DNA of 25,797 nt from Prasinococcaceae sp. CCMP 1430 (lineage: Eukaryota; Plantae; Prasinodermophyta). Under the pieces are notes generated by a model. It searched no databases. It had not been told where the DNA came from and was given only the letters and a program-made list of their open reading frames with translations. Of this stretch, positions 18,940 to 25,797 are shown in pieces. Numbering within the stretch: the first letter of the stretch is position 1; each line of letters opens with the position of its first letter. Position numbers and translations under genes: made by a program. The stretch spans positions 22,354-48,150 of the forward strand of contig RQSC01001079.1 of assembly GCA_013416795.1 (NCBI GenBank), in the 5' to 3' direction.

Positions 18940-20374
18940 ATGGGGCGGCGCGCCGCCGTTGCGCGTGGCGCTCGAGGTCGCGCTCGCGGTTGTTGCCGTG
19001 GTGCTGGTCGCGGCGACGGTGGTTGTGACCACGGCGGCGCGCTCGGGCGCGCGTGCGTTGCGTGAGGGCTTCGTCCGGTTCGACTCGCGGCCAGGCGCGC
19101 TTGCGGGCGTCGTCGCTGTCGACTGCGCGGTCGGTGTGGAGGCGGGCGCAGCGCTGCGCCTCACGCACCACCGCGGGGGGGGCACGCCAGAGGCAGTCGC
19201 CGAGGACACGTCGACTGGCACGGTGCTACGCGCGCGGGGTATCTGCGGCGGCCGTGACGGCGGCACATGTCACCCCGCAGCGCGCGCTGCCGATGGGCTC
19301 CCGCGCAGGCGCGTCACGTGCAATCACTTCGACATTGATGGATGCCTGGCGTGCTACGCGTGGCTTGCACCTCGAGACGCAGCGGTCGCTGCGGCGCCGC
19401 TGCTACGGGCCGCAGCGCGGCTCGGTGACTTCCGAGAGGGTCTCACGCTTGGGCTGGCGTTGGGCGACAGCGACAGCGCGATCGCGGGCGCGGGCGCTGG
19501 CGCGCAGGCGAGTGCTAGTAGCGAGGCTCAAGCCGCAGCGGATGCTGCCGCCGATGAGCGCTCGCCACGCGTGCAGCGCGCCGCGCTGCGGCTGTGCTGC
19601 TGGCTCAACGCGCGGGAGGCGCACCTCTTCACCCGGCCGTTTGCAGCGCACCGTAGCCAACAGCGCACCGAAAGGAAATATTCGCACTTCTTGCCCCGCC
19701 TGGAGGCGGCCATGCTGGCGTGCCTGGAGGAGCGCCCGAGCGCGACATACGTGGCCGCGTGGCGCGCCGAGTACGAGCGCGTCGCGCGCGACCTTTCGGC
19801 GTTGCAGGAAGAGCGCGAGCGCACAAGCGCGCCGGGTGGCATCGGCGCGTTGGAGTGGTGCGCGGGAGGGCTGGTGGTTGTGCGCACGCGCGAGGCGCGC
19901 CACTACTACGCGCTCTTCTCGAGCGTCGAAAGCGCCGATGCCGTGCTGACTGTCACGCCGTCCGGCATCGAGTTGGAGCAACGGTATACGGGCTACGTCC
20001 AGTACTGCTCGCGCCCAACTCACCCGAGGCTGGAGCTCGCTCCGCTGGTCGACAGGCTCAACGCGCTCGAGAGGCAAGCGGGGGGGAAGGTGGGCGATGG
20101 AGCGTGGGTGGCCGACGCACACACCGACTCCGGCCCGATCATGCGCCTCTCATCTGGAGAGAAGCTCAGCAAGGCCCAGAGGTATGGCCAGCCCTACGAT
20201 CGCCCGTGGCATGCGTCGGCCATCGGGAGTGAGGTGATTGTCGCCGAGGTCAAGGCGCACTTCGCGCACGCGGCGGCCAACGGCGCGTCGGCGCGGCCGG
20301 GCAAGGCGTGGAGCTGGCACACCGTGGCGGGGCTACACGAGCGCATTGAGCGCGCGCGCGCCGCCGGCGCATGA
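18940..20374 (+). CDS. DUF6687-like / DHH-related putative phosphoesterase with an N-terminal signal anchor; start is ATG 18940 (needs +1 correction) or lies in the gap
   Basis: Hydrophobic VALAVVAVVLVAATVVV is followed by VDC..LRLTHHR..TP..DTST, VTCNHFDIDG, ARLGDF, HYYALFS, ELEQRYT and DSGP. Stop TGA 20372-20374. The family name is from recollection of the motif pattern. Confidence 0.65.
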
Positions 20375-20543
20375 CAAGCTAGCGCAATTTTGTGACCTAT
20401 TGTTTTCATACTACGCCTTGATAGGGCGGCCGGCCGTGTTCGCCCTGCCGAGCCCACGCAAGCTGACTGGGGAAATGCGGCCGGTGACGCGCCGCGCGCT
20501 CTCGCCCTATACCCGGCGCTCGCTTGCCCCGAAGCGCCAACTA

Positions 20544-21119
20544 TTACATCCCCAGCGTCACGAACTGCATCCGCAGCGCAGTGAGTACCGCTGTCTCCCT
20601 CCTGCGCGCCTCGAAGCTCACGCGCCCCCCTCCCATGAGCTCCTCCGCAAGTTCGGCGTCGAGGCCCTCGGGCAAGCCTAGCCCCATCGAGACACGCTCG
20701 ATCTCTTCGAGCAGCGACTCTTGGCCGGCCGGCGACTCGAATTCGCCCGCGGCCATTCGCGCGAGCACCTCGCCGAAGCCTGCGTCCCTGCCTTCGCGCG
20801 TGGCGCGCTGCCACAGCAGCGCAAGTGCGAGCTGCGTCTCGTCCCACGGCACGATGCCACCAGCAAGCACGTCGACGAGCCACGCGCGGCGCGCAGGCGG
20901 CGAGCTCAGCCTCCCGCGCAGCTCGCCAGCGGCGTCGTGCGCCGAGCCCGAGGCGTAGCCCCAGTTCCAGTCAGCAGATGCCCAGTCGTGGCCACGCGGG
21001 GCCGCCTCAACGGACTCGGCGTCGCACGCCGCCGCCGCTGCCCTCATGGCGCGCGGTCGCCGGCACGCCGCCGGCCGCACGCCGCCGCTGGCAGCGCGCG
21101 GCGTTGAGCGCGCGCGCAT
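20544..21119 (-). CDS. Hypothetical protein with a plastid-transit-like N-terminus and a WNWGYASGSAHD motif
   Basis: ATG 21119 starts MRARSTPRAASGGVRPAACRRPRAMRAAAAA, then a globular-looking region DWNWGYASGSAHDAAGELRGRL..RRAWL..LALALLWQRA. It ends in a TAA TAG double stop. Confidence 0.7.
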   Translation of the reverse strand: MRARSTPRAASGGVRPAACRRPRAMRAAAAACDAESVEAAPRGHDWASADWNWGYASGSAHDAAGELRGRLSSPPARRAWLVDVLAGGIVPWDETQLALALLWQRATREGRDAGFGEVLARMAAGEFESPAGQESLLEEIERVSMGLGLPEGLDAELAEELMGGGRVSFEARRRETAVLTALRMQFVTLGM

Positions 21120-21365
21120 GGGCGCGCGCGGCCGCCCTCGCCCCCGCCTGTTCCTGAGCACAAGCGCGCAACTGACACACGCCCGCACACGCGCTCGCAA
21201 GCGCCAGCGCACGGGCACACACACCGCTCTGCAGGGCGAGCGCCGTGTGGCGCGGGGCGCCCAGCCGGCCGCGCCGCATCTTATCGGCATCTGGTGAAGA
21301 AAATCCACTCCTGCTCAAAATCAAAACACATGTGTTAGGGTTCAGCTGAATGCGTGCGGGCGCCG

Positions 21366-24300
21366 TCACTTGTTGCTCTTCCTGCGCTCCATCGCCTCGA
21401 TGTCGGCCGCGGCGGGCGCGTCGACTCGGCGCACCGCGCGCTCGTCGAGCCAGCAGGACTTGAGCTTGAGACGCGGGAAGCGCAGCTTGAGCTCCTCCAC
21501 CCCGGCCGATGATGCGCTGTTGCGCACGATGCCGCACATGCCTTGGCCCAGCCCAACCATCCACTCTTGCCACTCGACCTTGGAACCTTCGCGCCGCCCG
21601 GCCTCCTCGCAGACGCGGCGCAGCTCGTCGCCGTCGATCTCAACGCGCGCCCACTTGTGCGAGTCGGCGGGCGATGGCGGGCGCGGCGCCTGCTGGGCAG
21701 CAGCGGGCTTGCCCACAACCGCCTCTCGTGCCTCGTCCTGCTGCTGCGCGACGTCCTGCCGAGGCGCCCCGTCTTGCTGCTGCGCCCCGTTCTGCTGCTG
21801 CGCTGCCGCAAGGTCGCGCTTCTTCTGTTCGAGTTCGCGCCGCCGTTGCTCGATCGCCAGACGCTTGCGCTCGAGCTCCGCTTGTTGCGGCGTCTGTGCC
21901 GGGCGCACCACCGCCGCCTGCTGGCCCTGCTGCGGATGCTGCTGCCCAGCCGTGCTGCCGTTGCCGGCGTCGCTCCCGCCCTCACCGCCCCCACCCCCCC
22001 CAGCGAGGCCGCTCTTCGCCATCGCCGCGCTCAGGCCGGCGGGCCCGAGTGCCCACGTTGGACCGTCAAAGCCAGGCCGCGAGACAAACATCGGCGCGGC
22101 TGGCGTTGAAAAGTTGGTGAGCACCAGCTCGACCATGCGCGTGTGGCCGCCGCCGGCTTCGTCCAGCGAGGCCTGCGTGCCAGGCACGAGCTTCATGCGC
22201 GTGATGAATTGGGCGATCTCGGCCGCACCCATTGCGCGGTTGTTGGATATACGCAGCACCGTCTCCACGGCATCCTTGTATCGCAGCACGCCCTGGAGGT
22301 GGTCGTCCGTGTAGGCCGGGGCAGCGGATGCGCCGCCGCCGCCGTAATTCAGCGGCCGCGACGCGCGCTCCACGCGACGGCGCTTGGCCTCCGCCTTCTC
22401 GAGCCTCTCACGCTCGCGCTCCAGCTTGATTTCCTGCTTCATGCGCTCGCGCTCCGCCTTGAGGCGCTCCTTCTCAGCGCGCTGCTCCTGCTTGGCACGA
22501 TCCTTCTCGACGCGCTGGTCGAGGGCGCGCTGGCGATTTGCCTCGCGGTCGGCGATCTTCTGCGCGCGCGCCTGCACCTTCTCGATGGCGCGCGCCTCGC
22601 GGACGGCCGCCGCCTGCGCCTTGTTCGTCTCACGCTCCTGCAGCTCCTTCTCCCACTCCTCCTTGGTGAGCCACGCGCCGTACTTGGTGTGCACCATCGT
22701 GTCTGCGAGCACCCTGTTTATGCATGCGCCAGTCACCCGCGTATCGCGCGTGCGTCGCCACTCCTCCTGGAAAAGCCGCACGGCGAGCGGCTTGTGAAGC
22801 AGCGGCCCGCGACCCGAGCGCCCGCTCTCGCCGTACTCAGGCGTGGCTACCGTCGCCTTGACGAATGCGATCAGCTCCTCCACGTCAGCCTCGCTCATCT
22901 CGTTCACGAAGGGCGGTCCGCCGCCGGCGGCGCCCCCACCGCCCTTCTTCCGCTTGGGCCCATCCCCGTAGTCGTCGTCCTCGTCGAAGGCGCCCCCCAT
23001 CGCGTCGAGGTTGTAGGTTGCCGGCCGGCGCGTGCGCGCGGCACGCTCCGAGCGGCGCACCTCTTCATTCAACGCATCGGCGCGCCGCGCGAGCAATTTC
23101 TGCAGTGCGGCCTCGTCCTCCTGCGCGCGCGCGTTGGGGTCACCGCCGGCGACCACCGCGCCGCCCACGCGCCCGAGATAGCCCATGTCGGTCATGTCCT
23201 CTTCGTCGGGTGCGCTCTCGCGGTCGAGCAGGGTGGCGAGCGTCTCGGCGCTGGGCACGAGGCTCGCGTCGAGGTCCTTCACGTCACCTTTGCCCTCGCT
23301 CAGGATGCCCCGCGCCCCGTTGAGCACCGCTCGCCGCAGGTCCGCCGAGCTGAGCGCCGACGCCTTGCCGCCGCCGCCCTTGGTGGCAACGCCGGTCACT
23401 GCCTTTTCAACCTCCATCTTGCGCTTGGCCGCTTCGATGATGCGTTCCTCCACCGAACCCGCCGTGACCAGCTGATAGACCATGACCTCCTTCTTCTGGC
23501 CGTAGCGGTGCGCGCGCGCCTGCGCCTGCAGGTCCATGAAGGGGTTGAAGTCGGGGTCGTACAGAACGACCGTGTCGGCCGACTGCAGGTTGATGCCCAG
23601 GCCGCCCGCGCGCGTGGATATCATGAAAAGGAAGTGCGGCGACCCCGGCGCGTTGTACGCGTCGATGAGCTGCTGGCGCTTCGCGGGCGGCGTCGAGCCA
23701 TCCAGACGCACATAGCTGTGGCCCTGGATGCGCGCGAAGTCCTCGAGCAGGTTGAGCATGGTGGTCATCTGGCAGAAAATGAGCACGCGGTGACCGCGCG
23801 CCTTCAGGGCGTCGAGGAGCGGTTTGAGCACGACGAGCTTGCCGCACACGTCGGTGAGCGCGCCGGGCGTCTCGGCCTCGCCCTCGGGCATAGCGCTGGG
23901 GAAGAGCCACGGGTGGTTGCACACCTTCTGCAGCTGCTTCAGAGCATTCATCAGGCCAACGCGCGCGCCGGCTCTCATGCCGGCGTTGAGGCCCGCCAGG
24001 TTCTTCGACAGGATGTCGCCGTACAGCTGTCGCTGCACGCTGCTCAGCCCGCACGACACCTCGAGCTTGCGCCGCGCGGGCATGTCCCTGAACACGTCAC
24101 GCTTCAACCGGCGGAACATGAACTGCGCGAGCATTTCCTGCAGATTCGCCAGCACAGGCGAGCCGCCCTCCCCCTCGGTCGCCGCCTGCTGAGCGGCCTC
24201 GAGAGAAACTTTCGCGCCGTCGCCGTCCTGCGTGCACGCCATGGCCACCTCGGCCGCCATGGTATCCGGGTCGGCGAATCTGACGTCGTCCAGAAAGCTC

Positions 24301-25796
24301 AGCAGGCAGAACAGCTCGTTCAGCGAGTTCTGCAGCGGCGTGCCCGTGAGCAGGATGCGCCACGGGCAGCCTGACATCTTGGACTTCGGGGCAGCCCTGC
24401 CCTTGCCTCGCTTTTGGGGCGTCGAGCGGTCGCGTCGCGCGCCGTCGTTCCCCGGACGGCGCAGAGTACGCAGCTCGTTGGCCAGCAGCGAGTCGGGCTT
24501 CTTGAGGCGGTGGCCCTCGTCGACGATGAGCGCCGACCAGCTGTAGTTGCGAAGCAGCGAGCCCTCCTTGGAGACCAGCTCGTAGTTGGTGACCAACACG
24601 TCGAGACGCGCCGAGTGGTCGCCGAGCTCGTACGCCTTGACGGCGGAGCGCGCGTCCTGCCCGCCGCTGAGCACCACGATGTTGGTGTGCTCGGGGCACC
24701 ACGCGCGCAATTCGTTGTCCCATGCGGTGAGCGTGGAGAGCGGCGCCACCACCAGGATGGGCGCGGTCACCAGCCGCTCCTCGATGAGCGTCGACACCAG
24801 CGCGGCGCTCTGGATGGTCTTCCCGAGGCCCATCTCGTCGCCGAGGATGCACGACTCCTCCAGCTGGAACTTGTTGACCATCCAGTTGAGGCCGTCCAGC
24901 TGGTGCGGCATCATCTCCTTCTTGGAGCGCCCAACGTAGGCGGGCTGCGCATCGAAGCGCCCCACCAGCGTGTCGCGCAGCGACGGGAAGTCCCGCGGCT
25001 TGGTCGCGCGCGCGCGGTACTCGCTCATGGCTGCCGCCATGGCGTCGGCGTACTCCTCCGCGTCGTCGGCGCCTGGATCGGTCTGCTCGGCCTCCCACGT
25101 GAGCTCGTCGTAGCCCAGCCCCTGCCACTTGACCAGCACCTCGCCGGAACGCGAGTCGAGCGCGACCACGCGCCGCGGGAGGCGCCAGTCCGGCGGGATG
25201 TTGGCATCCACCGGGTAGTAGCCGTGTTTCCTTTCCCAGTTTGCGAGCTTGCGCGGCTCCTCTGCGCGCAGGCGATCGGCGCGCACCCACATCGCGTGGC
25301 GGAACGAGCGCTCCTGGCGCTTGATGAGGTACTCCATGTGCGAGCCCGGTGACGCTGCGGGATCCATTTCCTCCGGGCTGACGGCCTCGCGCGACCCCAG
25401 GATCTTCTCCATCTGCAGTCCGCCTCCATCGGGCCGCACATCGGCGCCCCCGGCAGGCGCGCGCATCGAGGCGGGCGATGGCGCCCCGCCCGAGTTGACC
25501 CGCACCTCGAAGCCGTCGTCGTCGTCGTCGTCGTCGTCGCTCACCAGGCCACCCTCGTCATCGTCGTCGTCGCTCTCGGAGACGTCCATGGACTCAGACT
25601 CGGAGTCATCATCCATGTCGGATGAGGACGATGCGAGCAGGCGCTGCGCGTCGCGCACGGGCGCGTCAGCGGCGGACGCGTCGGCGATCGACGCAGCGCA
25701 GGCGCTCGCGGTGCTCACCTTGCTCTTCTTCCGCGTGCGCTGCGGCCGCCCCGCGCTGCCGTTGCCGTTTGCGGCAGCGGCGGCGGCGGCCGCCGC
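21366..25796 (-). CDS. CHD3: CHD3/PICKLE-type chromatin remodeler: double chromodomain, SNF2 ATPase, coiled coil, probable HARE-HTH; 5' partial, probable in-frame intron 25644-25718
   Basis: Chromodomains EYLIKRQERSFRHAMWV and VLVKWQGLGYDELTWE. ATPase motifs PHQLDGLNWM, ILGDEMGLGKT, VDEGHRLK, LLTGTPLQN, LIFCQM, STRAGGLGINL and QAQARAHRYGQ. The frame is open to the window edge. AAG|GTGAGC...GCTGAC...GCAG defines a 75-nt intron. Confidence 0.93.
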   Translation of the reverse strand, partial: AAAAAAAAANGNGSAGRPQRTRKKSKVSTASACAASIADASAADAPVRDAQRLLASSSSDMDDDSESESMDVSESDDDDDEGGLVSDDDDDDDDGFEVRVNSGGAPSPASMRAPAGGADVRPDGGGLQMEKILGSREAVSPEEMDPAASPGSHMEYLIKRQERSFRHAMWVRADRLRAEEPRKLANWERKHGYYPVDANIPPDWRLPRRVVALDSRSGEVLVKWQGLGYDELTWEAEQTDPGADDAEEYADAMAAAMSEYRARATKPRDFPSLRDTLVGRFDAQPAYVGRSKKEMMPHQLDGLNWMVNKFQLEESCILGDEMGLGKTIQSAALVSTLIEERLVTAPILVVAPLSTLTAWDNELRAWCPEHTNIVVLSGGQDARSAVKAYELGDHSARLDVLVTNYELVSKEGSLLRNYSWSALIVDEGHRLKKPDSLLANELRTLRRPGNDGARRDRSTPQKRGKGRAAPKSKMSGCPWRILLTGTPLQNSLNELFCLLSFLDDVRFADPDTMAAEVAMACTQDGDGAKVSLEAAQQAATEGEGGSPVLANLQEMLAQFMFRRLKRDVFRDMPARRKLEVSCGLSSVQRQLYGDILSKNLAGLNAGMRAGARVGLMNALKQLQKVCNHPWLFPSAMPEGEAETPGALTDVCGKLVVLKPLLDALKARGHRVLIFCQMTTMLNLLEDFARIQGHSYVRLDGSTPPAKRQQLIDAYNAPGSPHFLFMISTRAGGLGINLQSADTVVLYDPDFNPFMDLQAQARAHRYGQKKEVMVYQLVTAGSVEERIIEAAKRKMEVEKAVTGVATKGGGGKASALSSADLRRAVLNGARGILSEGKGDVKDLDASLVPSAETLATLLDRESAPDEEDMTDMGYLGRVGGAVVAGGDPNARAQEDEAALQKLLARRADALNEEVRRSERAARTRRPATYNLDAMGGAFDEDDDYGDGPKRKKGGGGAAGGGPPFVNEMSEADVEELIAFVKATVATPEYGESGRSGRGPLLHKPLAVRLFQEEWRRTRDTRVTGACINRVLADTMVHTKYGAWLTKEEWEKELQERETNKAQAAAVREARAIEKVQARAQKIADREANRQRALDQRVEKDRAKQEQRAEKERLKAERERMKQEIKLERERERLEKAEAKRRRVERASRPLNYGGGGASAAPAYTDDHLQGVLRYKDAVETVLRISNNRAMGAAEIAQFITRMKLVPGTQASLDEAGGGHTRMVELVLTNFSTPAAPMFVSRPGFDGPTWALGPAGLSAAMAKSGLAGGGGGGEGGSDAGNGSTAGQQHPQQGQQAAVVRPAQTPQQAELERKRLAIEQRRRELEQKKRDLAAAQQQNGAQQQDGAPRQDVAQQQDEAREAVVGKPAAAQQAPRPPSPADSHKWARVEIDGDELRRVCEEAGRREGSKVEWQEWMVGLGQGMCGIVRNSASSAGVEELKLRFPRLKLKSCWLDERAVRRVDAPAAADIEAMERRKSNK

Positions 25797-25797
25797 G

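Noticed and set aside
22143-24374. 743-aa plus-strand ORF, and similar long ORFs 24414-25352 (+), 2985-4052 (-), 16545-18398 (+), 13587-14375 (+) and 5724-7574 (-)
   Set aside because: These are antisense shadows of real genes. High GC3 codon usage removes stops on the opposite strand, and they carry no recognisable motifs.
10665-25796. BLI (PRC2 partner) and a PICKLE-like CHD in the same window as a Polycomb-related cluster
   Set aside because: They are more than 8 kb apart with seven unrelated genes between them. In a compact genome this is readily coincidence.
1-25797. tRNA, rRNA, snRNA genes or transposase/reverse-transcriptase remnants
   Set aside because: I recognised no cloverleaf, rRNA or TE protein motifs by eye. 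tRNAscan-SE, Infernal and RepeatMasker would be needed to exclude them formally.

Overview
Gene-dense, very GC-rich (about 70% by eye) eukaryotic nuclear DNA from a draft assembly, with one single N at 2223 and gaps at 14785-14801 and 18604-18926. Short GT-AG introns, often with GCTGAC-type branch points, a BLISTER-like protein, a plant-type Derlin-2 and transit-peptide-like N-termini point to a green alga. A prasinophyte-grade lineage is my inference only. About 14 coding segments are present: two half-genes of a PhyH-type 2OG-Fe(II) dioxygenase, a Cys-repeat/poly-Lys tail, bacterial-type 2-methylcitrate synthase (prpC), an acid ceramidase/NAAA Ntn-hydrolase, a TM-SMP-C2-coiled-coil-PH tether, BLISTER-like, a TPR+IQ protein, mitoribosomal mS38, COMT, RraA/HMG aldolase, Derlin-2, a DUF6687/DHH-like protein, an algal hypothetical protein, and a CHD3/PICKLE-type remodeler with a probable HARE-HTH domain. 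I recognised no rRNA, tRNA, CRISPR array or transposase. The most notable observations are four genes that all need the same net +1 frame correction, PhyH halves in swapped order around a 1-nt N junction, a possible branched-lipid/propionate catabolic neighbourhood, and several unusual domain architectures. All family calls come from motif recognition by eye; no database searches were run.
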